Shown here in pieces: positions 1-8,286 of a stretch of 34,110 bases of DNA. The notes beneath the pieces are model-generated. The model was given only the letters and a program-made list of their open reading frames with translations, did not search any database and had not been told where the DNA came from. The stretch is taken from the NCBI GenBank assembly GCA_964512865.1, contig CAZELC010000001.1, positions 1 to 34,110 of the forward strand, in the 5' to 3' direction. The stretch comes from an uncultured Bacteroidales bacterium. GTDB lineage: Bacteria; Bacteroidota; Bacteroidia; Bacteroidales; CAIWKO01. The first letter of the stretch is position 1, and each line of letters starts with the position of its first letter. Made by a program: the position numbers and the translations under genes.

Positions 1-1007
1 CAGCAGGCTCTTTCGTAGTTTTTATTAATTTACCCTTTGGTATGATGCTGATGAATCTAGCTGTAGGGAAAACAGGAGTTGAGTATTTTTTCTTTTCCGC
101 TTTTATTTTATCCTTTTATATTTTCACAAAGCCATGGCATATAAGAATTCTTGCCGTTTATCTTCTTATTTTGTTTGCGTTTTCAAAGCATTTTGAACAA
201 ACTATTGATGTACCTGAACAGTTTTTATCAATTCACCCATTTATTTATTATTCAAATATTTCTCTTACTTTTCTTATTGGCTATGTATTTCATCGTTTTT
301 TTGTTATGGAGCATGAGCGAAATAGAATCGAAATTGAAAATAAAAACGAATTACTTAAAAACTCATCTGAACTCGCAGTGAAAAAAAATGAAAAAATCAA
401 TACCCTTTTAAAGGAATTAAGTCATCGCACTAAAAATAATCTGCAACTGGTATCAAGCCTGATAAACAATCAAGCAAGTAAAGTTGAAGATCATAATGCA
501 AGGAAAGCACTACTGGATAGCAAAAACAGGATTATTTCCATTGCCTTGCTACATAAAAAGCTTTATCAGAATGAGAATTTCACAACTTTTTCTTTTAAAG
601 GATACGTTGATGATTTAATACTTCACCTCAAGGATATTTATTATGAAAAAATTTCGCAGTCGGAAATAATTGTTGAGATTGATGATTTTGAAATAAAGAT
701 TGATAAAGCCGTTACACTTGGGTTAATAATAAATGAGCTGTTAACAAATTCGTTTAATCATGGTATGTTGAATTCTGCCGAAGACAGGAAGTTCATCAAG
801 TTAAAAATAATATCTTTTCAAAATAATCTTCTTGAAATAAAAATTAACGATAGTGGAGTAGGAATTGAGAAGCTTTTTGAAGTAAAAAACACTAAATCTT
901 TCGGAATAAGTTTAATAAAATCACTTGTGAAACAAATGGAGGGAAATATATATTTTGCTGAAAACGGCAAAAACTCAGTCAGAATTGTTTTATCAATACT
1001 AGAATAA
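1..1007 (+). CDS. Membrane sensor histidine kinase, HisKA_2-type (possibly 5'-truncated by the window edge)
   Basis: ORF 42..1007. The frame stays open back to nt 3 and the upstream residues are hydrophobic, so the gene may begin outside the window. Hydrophobic N-terminal segments are followed by a coiled-coil linker and the H-box 'LSHRTKNNLQLVSSLI'. The ATPase part shows 'INELLTNSFNHG', 'NDSGVGI' and 'SFGISLIKSLV'. Confidence 0.85.
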   Translation, partial: AGSFVVFINLPFGMMLMNLAVGKTGVEYFFFSAFILSFYIFTKPWHIRILAVYLLILFAFSKHFEQTIDVPEQFLSIHPFIYYSNISLTFLIGYVFHRFFVMEHERNRIEIENKNELLKNSSELAVKKNEKINTLLKELSHRTKNNLQLVSSLINNQASKVEDHNARKALLDSKNRIISIALLHKKLYQNENFTTFSFKGYVDDLILHLKDIYYEKISQSEIIVEIDDFEIKIDKAVTLGLIINELLTNSFNHGMLNSAEDRKFIKLKIISFQNNLLEIKINDSGVGIEKLFEVKNTKSFGISLIKSLVKQMEGNIYFAENGKNSVRIVLSILE

Positions 1008-1011
1008 AGGT

Positions 1012-1593
1012 ATGAAAGAGAGAATACTAATAATTGAAGATGAAGTAATTATAGCCGAGGATATTAAAAATATTCTTGAGGCTGATGACTATTACGTATG
1101 TGCTATTGCCGATAATTATGATTCGGCGCTTTTAGAATTTAAATTGCACTCACCCGAGATAATCATTACTGATATCTATTTGAAAGGGAAGAAAAACGGA
1201 GTTGATGTTGCCCAGGAACTGATTAAGATTCAACCTGTTCCTTTTGTATTTATTACTGCTTATTCAAATGATGAGCTAATTGATACAATTTCACTTTTAC
1301 CAAATATCACATATATTACAAAGCCTTTTACCAATTCGCAGGTAATTGCAGCGGTAAAAATGATGTCGGCCCGCCTTAACAATATGAATAGTCTGCCTAA
1401 GCTATCCAAAAGAGAACAACAGGTATTGGATCTTCTGATAAAAGGACTCTCAAGTGCAGAAATTGCAAAAGAGCTTAAAATCAGTTTTGAAACAGTAAGG
1501 ACTTACAGAAAAAAACTTCTGACAAAATTCAAAGTAAAATCTGCCGGACAGCTGGTAAATATCGTTCTTAAATCAAATCCTTTTAAACTTTAA
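1012..1593 (+). CDS. Response regulator, receiver domain plus LuxR/GerE-type HTH
   Basis: Receiver motifs 'LIIEDE', 'IIITDIYL' and 'TKPF'. C-terminal HTH 'LSKREQQVLDLLIKGLSSAEIAKELKISFETVRTYRKKL'. Starts 4 nt after the kinase stop. Confidence 0.9.
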   Translation: MKERILIIEDEVIIAEDIKNILEADDYYVCAIADNYDSALLEFKLHSPEIIITDIYLKGKKNGVDVAQELIKIQPVPFVFITAYSNDELIDTISLLPNITYITKPFTNSQVIAAVKMMSARLNNMNSLPKLSKREQQVLDLLIKGLSSAEIAKELKISFETVRTYRKKLLTKFKVKSAGQLVNIVLKSNPFKL

Positions 1594-1620
1594 GGAAGAA
1601 ATTTATTATTTTCTTACCTT
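1592..1620. terminator. Imperfect hairpin spanning the convergent stops of the response regulator and gatD
   Basis: AAGGAAGAAA (1592-1601) can pair with TTTCTTACCTT (1610-1620) with one bulge. Only 12 nt separate the two convergent stop codons. Confidence 0.3.
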
Positions 1621-2991
1621 ACGAATAAAGTCCTCAACTTCTTTTACACCTCCCTGATAAATCAAGTAACCATTATATGGTTCACGCGAGGTAATTTCAT
1701 CATTAATAGGAGTAAGCATTATATCTCTAACTTTTTCGAGATCATTAGTTTGACCAAGCGCCCATCCAAGTTTAATATAAGCAACTTCGGGCAGCATATT
1801 TTCGGCAGGAATCACACCTTTTGCCATAAGGTCGCGACCGGTATCATAAACAAACATGTGAACATAACCCCAGAGAGTTTGAACTGTCATATAAATGGCA
1901 ACGCCTTTTTTAGTAGCTCTTTCTATTGCGGGGTAAAGTGGCTTATTAACATGCCCCAGACCTGTGCCAATGATTATTATTCCTTTATAACCATTGTCAA
2001 CCATGCTGTCAATCATGTCAGGCTGCATATTAGTATAATAATATATCATACCGACTTTTTCTTCAAAATAAGGAAGGATGGATACATTTCTGTCTTTTCT
2101 TCTGTGGTTATATACCGGCTTAATAGGAGTAACACCTTTTCTTGTAATTGTAGCAAGTGGTGTATCACCAATAGTTCTGAATGTTGAACGATATGACGAG
2201 TGCATTTTACGAACTCTTGTTCCACGATGAAGGAATCCATACTCATCTGATGTAGGACCAAACATGCAAACCATAACTTCGGCAATATCTCCATGTCCTG
2301 CAGCTGTACAAGCATGCATAAGATTAAGTGCCGCATCGGAGCTTGGTCTGTCAGACGAACGTTGTGAACCAACAAGTACGATTGGGACAGGAGAATTCTG
2401 AACCATAAATGTAAGGGCTGCAGCTGTATAGTGAAGTGTGTCAGTACCATGACCAATAACAATCCCTTCAACACCATTTTCTATTTCATTTCCAATAGCT
2501 ACAGCAAGTTTTTTATACTGTTCAGGACCCATATTTTCGCTGAATACCGCAAAAACTTTCTCTGTTGTAAGATTACAGATATCCGCTAATTCAGGAACTG
2601 CACCATAAAGCTCACCAGGTGAAAATGCAGGAATAACAGCTCCTGTTCTATAATCAAGTCGTGAAGCTATTGTACCACCTGTTCCGATAAGCTTAACTTT
2701 TGGTAAATTCGGCGTATAAGGGAATTCCTTTTCCGGAATTTTATAATTTGCCTTTTTATAACCTGTTTCAACCATTTCTGTAACAGTTGAAATATCTATA
2801 CCGACATTATAACCGGTAACAATTTTAAGAACGATATGCTTGTCGTCATCGTTTTCTGAACGAGGCAGAACTGTGCCTGTAAAAACTCCTCTTGTTGTAT
2901 TAACTGTTGCCTGCCCCCAAACTCTTACGTTGAACTTTTTTAATGTATCTAAGGCTGCACCTTTATATCCCTGAAAAAAATCTTCGCTCAT
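1606..2991 (-). CDS. gatD: Glu-tRNA(Gln) amidotransferase subunit D (archaeal-type GatD)
   Basis: 461 aa. An N-terminal ~95-aa extension precedes an asparaginase-type domain with 'GTGGTIASR' and 'GHGTDTLHYTAAAL'. It lies 52 nt downstream of a GatE-type gene on the same strand. Confidence 0.85.
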   Translation of the reverse strand: MSEDFFQGYKGAALDTLKKFNVRVWGQATVNTTRGVFTGTVLPRSENDDDKHIVLKIVTGYNVGIDISTVTEMVETGYKKANYKIPEKEFPYTPNLPKVKLIGTGGTIASRLDYRTGAVIPAFSPGELYGAVPELADICNLTTEKVFAVFSENMGPEQYKKLAVAIGNEIENGVEGIVIGHGTDTLHYTAAALTFMVQNSPVPIVLVGSQRSSDRPSSDAALNLMHACTAAGHGDIAEVMVCMFGPTSDEYGFLHRGTRVRKMHSSYRSTFRTIGDTPLATITRKGVTPIKPVYNHRRKDRNVSILPYFEEKVGMIYYYTNMQPDMIDSMVDNGYKGIIIIGTGLGHVNKPLYPAIERATKKGVAIYMTVQTLWGYVHMFVYDTGRDLMAKGVIPAENMLPEVAYIKLGWALGQTNDLEKVRDIMLTPINDEITSREPYNGYLIYQGGVKEVEDFIRKVRK

Positions 2992-3043
2992 TATTATCTG
3001 TTATTGAATTTCTAAATAGTAACTATTAATGTTAATTTTTCTT

Positions 3044-5008
3044 TTAGTTCTTGATAATCTCTACAAGTTCTTTTAATGCGATATTACCAAGCGACATTTC
3101 ATAAAGTTCTCCCATTATCCAGTTAGGACCAACCTCCGGATTTTTTGAAGTTCTAATTTTAGAGTATTTTTCCTTAAGAAAAGGAATATGCGATATTATT
3201 TCCTCTTTGGAGATACGCTTGAATTTAATACTGGTAAGTATTGATTCAAAGTCCATTTTTGGGTGTTCATAAATAACAGGCATCATTTTTCCGGCAAGTG
3301 CATAATCTATATTGTTTTTTTTGAGAAACAGGAAGAGATCAAAAACCTGACTATATTTAAATTCGCTTCCCTGCTGATAATGTCCTTCGATAAATTTAAG
3401 AGTATGACCAAAGAAAGAACCAATATACGATGGTTTAACATCAAGTTCATTAACAATCTTTTCAATAATCGGGAAAAGGTTATTTTTAAAAATATAAATA
3501 TGTGTATCTTCCGGGATATTCCAATCAACAAGCTGGTGATATCGTTGAATGACCTCAGAAGGAATATTTTTTCTAAGTTGCTCAATATAAGTGTTTTCAA
3601 GAGGAATTGGCTTTGAATCGGTATCAGGATACATACGGTCGGCACCCGGAAGTACTCTTTCAAATATTGTTGTCCCATTCTCAAATGATTTTCTTGTTTC
3701 ATTTGGAACGCCTTTAAATGCCATCTGACATCTTTCTTCAATTGTTTCGAGAGCAGTTTTTACATCAGCTTCGGGTCCCCAAAAAATAATTTGAGCATCA
3801 TCGGCAGCAGAATTAAGTAAATTATGAATTTTAATATAATCATCCGATGATATTTTCGGCTCAAATTCTTCGGAGTGCGACATATTTGGCTGTTCGAGAC
3901 AAGCCACAACTTTTAACCTTTCACTTATCTCATTAGCAAACATTTTTCCCGGTTGAGTAAAATGAGAAAGAACACCTTTAAATCCGGGAAGATTTACAAC
4001 AATAATTTTCCAGTTATTTTCTTTAGCTGCTTTTATTTCTTCTGTAGGGAAGTTAAAAGAATAAAAATCCATTTCCGAATGAGAAATTTTCCAGTTAGCA
4101 CCGTCGCCTAGTTTATTAGCTAAAATATCTTTTATCTGAAGAAGTGCCCATTGGCGATAACATTCATTATGAGTAAGTTCCGGTATCCATCTGGTATGCG
4201 CAACGCCTTTAATTTCAACTCTGGTTCCGCCTTTACAGCTAACATTAACATCTTCTCTTCCTGCTCCAATTCCTGTTCTTACTTTTTCAGTACTTCTGTT
4301 TAAGAAACGAATATAATTGCATGCTTCTTTGACTTCATCAGGATTTACCATATCCGGATAGGTAACAGTTTCAATCAGCGGCATTCCCAATCGGTCGGTT
4401 TGGTAAATTCTGTTGTGACCGATATCGCTAACTTCGCGGCAAGAATCTTCCTCAAGGCTGAGTTGTATAAGTCTCACTTTTTTGTTTTTCAATGGGATTT
4501 CACCTTCAACTCCAATAATAGCTGTTCTCTGAAACCCTGTAGGGATACTGCCATCAAGATATTGTTTTCTTGTAATATGAACTTCGCCTACGATGTTCAT
4601 TTTTGAAAGAAGTGAAATTTCTATAGCAATTCCGAGGGCTTCTCTGTTTAAAGGAAACGGAGGTGTATCATCCACTTCGTAAGTACAAGTAGTTTCATTT
4701 TTTATATGATATACAATATTCTTTCTTGTTTTAAATTCCATAAGAGCAGTACCGTCATATTCACCAAGTTCGCTCAGAGTAGGTCTCATGTGACGAATAA
4801 CTTCTGCATCGTAGTTATCGAATTTATGGAATTTTCCTGCAGGACAGTGGCAGAATAATTTTTCTTTGGTAAGAAGCTGTTGGTGAACTTCAAGACCTGA
4901 TTTGAAGCCAATCCTGTCGTAATCTGCTTGAGTTGCAAGTTTGCGTGGCACATAACCAATTTTCTTCTTAGATTCTTCGTAATTCTGTTTTGGATCGAAA
5001 TTATTCAT
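3044..5008 (-). CDS. gatE: Glu-tRNA(Gln) amidotransferase subunit E (archaeal-type GatE)
   Basis: 654 aa. The N-terminus 'DYDRIGFKSGLEVHQQLLTKEKLFCHCP' is the GatB/GatE signature with the HQQL variant. The length and a large internal insertion exceed what is expected for bacterial GatB. It is paired with gatD. Confidence 0.85.
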   Translation of the reverse strand: MNNFDPKQNYEESKKKIGYVPRKLATQADYDRIGFKSGLEVHQQLLTKEKLFCHCPAGKFHKFDNYDAEVIRHMRPTLSELGEYDGTALMEFKTRKNIVYHIKNETTCTYEVDDTPPFPLNREALGIAIEISLLSKMNIVGEVHITRKQYLDGSIPTGFQRTAIIGVEGEIPLKNKKVRLIQLSLEEDSCREVSDIGHNRIYQTDRLGMPLIETVTYPDMVNPDEVKEACNYIRFLNRSTEKVRTGIGAGREDVNVSCKGGTRVEIKGVAHTRWIPELTHNECYRQWALLQIKDILANKLGDGANWKISHSEMDFYSFNFPTEEIKAAKENNWKIIVVNLPGFKGVLSHFTQPGKMFANEISERLKVVACLEQPNMSHSEEFEPKISSDDYIKIHNLLNSAADDAQIIFWGPEADVKTALETIEERCQMAFKGVPNETRKSFENGTTIFERVLPGADRMYPDTDSKPIPLENTYIEQLRKNIPSEVIQRYHQLVDWNIPEDTHIYIFKNNLFPIIEKIVNELDVKPSYIGSFFGHTLKFIEGHYQQGSEFKYSQVFDLFLFLKKNNIDYALAGKMMPVIYEHPKMDFESILTSIKFKRISKEEIISHIPFLKEKYSKIRTSKNPEVGPNWIMGELYEMSLGNIALKELVEIIKN

Positions 5009-5045
5009 TTTAATGTAGTTATATTTTTCTTTTTAAAAAACCCGA

Positions 5046-5053
5046 CAAATTTA
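5046..5053 (-). promoter_or_regulatory. Bacteroidota-type -7 box (TAaaTTTG on the minus strand) upstream of gatE
   Basis: Plus-strand CAAATTTA is TAAATTTG on the minus strand, 38 nt upstream of the gatE start and just downstream of the fabH terminator. Confidence 0.4.
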
Positions 5054-5061
5054 CAAAAAAT

Positions 5062-5096
5062 AAAAAAAGGTTACGATTTTATCGTAACCTTTTTTA
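5062..5096 (-). terminator. Rho-independent terminator after fabH (symmetric, A/T-flanked)
   Basis: Perfect 9-bp stem GGTTACGAT/ATCGTAACC (5069-5077 and 5081-5089) with loop TTT. It is flanked by an A-run and a T-run, so it reads as hairpin plus U-tract on either strand. Confidence 0.75.
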
Positions 5097-5121
5097 AGGA
5101 ATATACTGATTTTTTTTATAC

Positions 5122-6117
5122 TCAGGAATTATATGCCCATTTAATATAAATTGAGCCCCATGTAAATCCTGCGCCAAATGCGGCAAGGATTAATTTATCT
5201 CCTTTTTTAAGTTGTTTTTCCCATTCCCAGAGGCAAAGTGGAAGAGTTGCAGCTGTAGTGTTACCATACTTTTCAATATTGATCATCACTTTTTCTTTGG
5301 GGAGTTTCATTCTGTGAGCAGTAGCCTCAATAATTCTCATATTTGCCTGATGCGGCACCAGCCATGCGATATCTTCTGATGTAAGGTTATGTTTTTTCAT
5401 CATTTCTTCAGCCACATCTGCCATTTTTGAAACTGCTGCTTTAAAAACAGCCTGTCCTTCCTGGTGTATGAAATGTTCACCAGCTTCAACGGTTTTTATG
5501 GATGCCGGCCAAACAGATCCGCCGGCTTTTTGATATAAGTGTTGCCTACCGGAACCGTCAACTCTAAGGATTGAGTCAATTATTCCATTTTCATCCGTTG
5601 AAGGCTCAAGCATGACAGCTGCCGCACCATCTCCGAAAATAACACATGTTGCCCTATCCTGATAATCAACAATTGAGGACATTTTTTCAGACCCCACAAC
5701 AACCACTTTTTTGCATGTACCTGTTTCAATAAATTTTGATGCGGTAACAAGTGCATATAAAAATCCGGAGCATCCGGCATTTAAATCATAACTGAAACCG
5801 TTTTTAATCCCAAGTTTATCACAAATAATATTTGCTGTTGCAGGGAATTGCATATCAGGTGTAACTGTAGCGCAAAGCAGGAAATCAACTTCTTCCGGAG
5901 AGGTTTTAGTTTTTTCGAGTAATCTTATTACTGCTTCAGCACCAAGATCAGATGACCCTTTTCCTTGTTCCTTAAGGATTCTTCTTTCTTTTATCCCCGT
6001 TCGACTCATTATCCACTCGTCAGTTGTTTCAACAATTTTCTCGAGTTCGGCATTGTTTAGGATGTAATCGGGCAGGTAACCTGCTACGCCCGTAATTGCT
6101 GCTCTGACCTTTGTCAT
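5122..6117 (-). CDS. fabH: 3-oxoacyl-ACP synthase III
   Basis: 331 aa with catalytic contexts 'NAGCSGF', 'PHQANMRI' and 'GNTTAATLP'. Confidence 0.95.
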   Translation of the reverse strand: MTKVRAAITGVAGYLPDYILNNAELEKIVETTDEWIMSRTGIKERRILKEQGKGSSDLGAEAVIRLLEKTKTSPEEVDFLLCATVTPDMQFPATANIICDKLGIKNGFSYDLNAGCSGFLYALVTASKFIETGTCKKVVVVGSEKMSSIVDYQDRATCVIFGDGAAAVMLEPSTDENGIIDSILRVDGSGRQHLYQKAGGSVWPASIKTVEAGEHFIHQEGQAVFKAAVSKMADVAEEMMKKHNLTSEDIAWLVPHQANMRIIEATAHRMKLPKEKVMINIEKYGNTTAATLPLCLWEWEKQLKKGDKLILAAFGAGFTWGSIYIKWAYNS

Positions 6118-6208
6118 AAAGATAAAATTAAATTTTTATGGCACCTGATAAGCTGAATAATAATTCAGAACATTATAAAGAGCCTTGAATCTAAGTTTGC
6201 TATAAGTG

Positions 6209-6394
6209 TTATGCTTTTGCAGCTTTTTCTATTACCAGTTTACCTTTATAATAACCGCATTCAGCACATACTCTATGGTAGAGTACCGGAGCACCGCAAT
6301 TTGAACAAGTAATAACTGTTTGATCTGCTGCTTTATAATGCGTTTTTCTTTTAGCTGTTCTCGTTTTCGAGAATCTTCGTTTCGGGTGTGGCAT
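6209..6394 (-). CDS. rpmF: 50S ribosomal protein L32
   Basis: 61 aa starting 'MPHPKRRFSKTRTAKRKTH', with a CxxC...CxxC zinc ribbon ('CSNCG', 'CAECG'). Confidence 0.95.
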   Translation of the reverse strand: MPHPKRRFSKTRTAKRKTHYKAADQTVITCSNCGAPVLYHRVCAECGYYKGKLVIEKAAKA

Positions 6395-6399
6395 ACTAT

Positions 6400-6921
6400 T
6401 TAATTTTTAAATTTAACATCATTTAATTTTTCCCAGGGTGAATCTATTGTTTTATCGTTTTGTAATAATCTTAATTTATCAAGTACTTCCTTATTGCATA
6501 AACTGTTACCATTTTCATCCTCAGGATGAACTCTTCTTATTGGAAGCAGCAAAATGATAAACTCATATATAAACTGTTTTATGTCTATCTGAGTATCATT
6601 TTCCGAAATAATAATTTCATCTTCCGATTCTTCTGCATCTTCATTGCCAAATCGAATATAAAGGGTTTCAACTCCTTCAACCGGTTGGTCAAAAATCTCA
6701 AGGCAACGATCGCATTCGGTTTTTACAGTTCCTTTAATTTTAAAAGTCAGAAAAAAAACATCTGTTGTTTTATCAAAAACAACATCAACTTTAATATCAG
6801 CACTTTTTATTTCTGAGTATTCAAAAAGTTCAAAGAACTTATCATCAATATTATAGCTATACTGATGAATACCGGATTTAAGTCCGGAAAACTTTATTAT
6901 GAACTCACTATTAATGCTCAA
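6400..6921 (-). CDS. DUF177 (YceD-like) protein
   Basis: 173 aa lying 5 nt upstream of rpmF, which is the conserved yceD-rpmF arrangement. It contains the 'CDRCLE' motif and an acidic central region. The start is TTG. Confidence 0.85.
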   Translation of the reverse strand: MSINSEFIIKFSGLKSGIHQYSYNIDDKFFELFEYSEIKSADIKVDVVFDKTTDVFFLTFKIKGTVKTECDRCLEIFDQPVEGVETLYIRFGNEDAEESEDEIIISENDTQIDIKQFIYEFIILLLPIRRVHPEDENGNSLCNKEVLDKLRLLQNDKTIDSPWEKLNDVKFKN

Positions 6922-6942
6922 TGGTTAAATAATAAAAGTTTG

Positions 6943-6950
6943 CAAAGTTA
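6943..6950 (-). promoter_or_regulatory. -7 box TAacTTTG (minus strand) for the DUF177-rpmF-fabH unit
   Basis: Plus-strand CAAAGTTA is TAACTTTG on the minus strand, 22 nt upstream of the DUF177 start. Confidence 0.4.
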
Positions 6951-7110
6951 AACATTTTTTTAATTCCAAATGAATTTGTTGGATTTTATGTTTTTGAAGA
7001 AACAAGTCAGTTTATACTGCTTCCTTAGCAATATAAAGCTTTTAAGTGAATTTGACATTGCAATGTTTATAAATTTGTTTGAACGTCAGTTTAACTTGTA
7101 AAAACCCATA

Positions 7111-7118
7111 TAAATTTG
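7111..7118 (+). promoter_or_regulatory. -7 box TAaaTTTG upstream of the TPR protein gene
   Basis: TAAATTTG lies 58 nt upstream of the ATG at 7176. A second copy of the motif is at 7069-7076. Confidence 0.35.
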
Positions 7119-7175
7119 TGGTATTTAACAATTTAATTATAAAACCTCTTGTAAAGTCAATTTAAATCCTTGCTT

Positions 7176-7919
7176 ATGAAAAAATTAATTTTTCTTTTTG
7201 CATTAGTATTAATATTTTATTCTCATTGTTTTTCTCAAACTGCTCAGACGGGCGTTGTTCCCGATAAAACAAAACTTAATAAATATGAAGCTGACGGAGA
7301 CCTGAAATTTGATAATAAAGAGTTTTATGATGCCATCAAACTTTACGACGAAGCCATTAAAATCAACGATCAGAGTTCGTACACGTTTTTTTTGAGGGGA
7401 CTTTCAAAGTTAAAAGTCAACCAGTTCTCCGGTGCCGTAATTGATTTTACAAAAGCAATTAGTTTAAGTCCTACGAATCAGAATGGTTATTGGTCGAAAG
7501 GCAGCCGGCTTGAGAAATTAGACGATATTTATTTTCTGAGTTGTAATGAAGGTTTATCAAAAGAATATAAATATTATGATGCATATTATTTCAGAGGTTT
7601 TGCGAAGTATTATATGGAAGATTATTATGGTGCTATTGATGACATGAATTTATTTCTCACCTTTGAAAAAACTAACTCAAATCCAATTTGTTATTATATT
7701 GTGGGCATTTCTAACAATAAGCTGGGCAAAAACAACGAGGCACTTATTTATCTTTCGAAGGTTATAGAACTTGACCCTGAAAATGCTGACGCTTTGCTCG
7801 CAAGAGGCAAGGTAAACATCAAATTAGGCAATAAGGAAAACGGTTGCAAGGATTTGAGCAAAGCCGGTCAGCTTGGTAAAGAAGAGGCTTATGAGTTGAT
7901 AAAGAAATCCTGTCAATAA
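7176..7919 (+). CDS. Secreted tetratricopeptide-repeat protein
   Basis: The listed ORF starts at 7170 (TTG), but the ATG at 7176 gives a classic signal peptide 'MKKLIFLFALVLIFYSHCFSQ'. TPR-like repeats follow ('YDAIKLYDEAIKIN', 'AVIDFTKAISLSP', 'ALIYLSKVIELDPENADALLARG'). Confidence 0.8.
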   Translation: MKKLIFLFALVLIFYSHCFSQTAQTGVVPDKTKLNKYEADGDLKFDNKEFYDAIKLYDEAIKINDQSSYTFFLRGLSKLKVNQFSGAVIDFTKAISLSPTNQNGYWSKGSRLEKLDDIYFLSCNEGLSKEYKYYDAYYFRGFAKYYMEDYYGAIDDMNLFLTFEKTNSNPICYYIVGISNNKLGKNNEALIYLSKVIELDPENADALLARGKVNIKLGNKENGCKDLSKAGQLGKEEAYELIKKSCQ

Positions 7920-7942
7920 TTATAGTCTTCAGTCTTTAGTCA

Positions 7943-7970
7943 GCAGTCGGCATACTGCGAAGTTTTTTCA
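7943..7970 (+). terminator. Weak Rho-independent terminator after the TPR gene
   Basis: Stem GCAGT/ACTGC (7943-7947 and 7954-7958) with a 6-nt loop, then GAAGTTTTTT. Confidence 0.4.
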
Positions 7971-8286
7971 TAATTAATATATTTCGTGTGAATTCATGAA
8001 TTCAAACGACGAAAGAGTAAAAAACTTTGCAGTTAAGCAGGTAATCCCTTTTGGTCAGGTAATTTTCAGCAACTTATAATTTTAACACACTACTTATCAA
8101 TGGTCTTATAATTTCTTTCACACGAGCTACTTGCAACACTTTTGTTGCTTCGCAACAATTCGGTTTATTGTATTTGTAGAATAAGTTGCGCGTTGTATCT
8201 TTCAAATTCTTTGTGAATTGAGCAGGTAGATTTCAAAAGTATGATGATAGTTAAAATTGTGAATGTTCGATCAGTCTTCTTTGAAT

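Noticed and set aside
1750-4606. Overlapping ORFs within or antisense to gatD and gatE (1750..2187, 2046..2477, 3263..3616, 3307..3741, 4400..4606).
   Set aside because: They lie fully inside confidently assigned genes, have low-complexity hydrophobic or basic composition, and are shadow frames.
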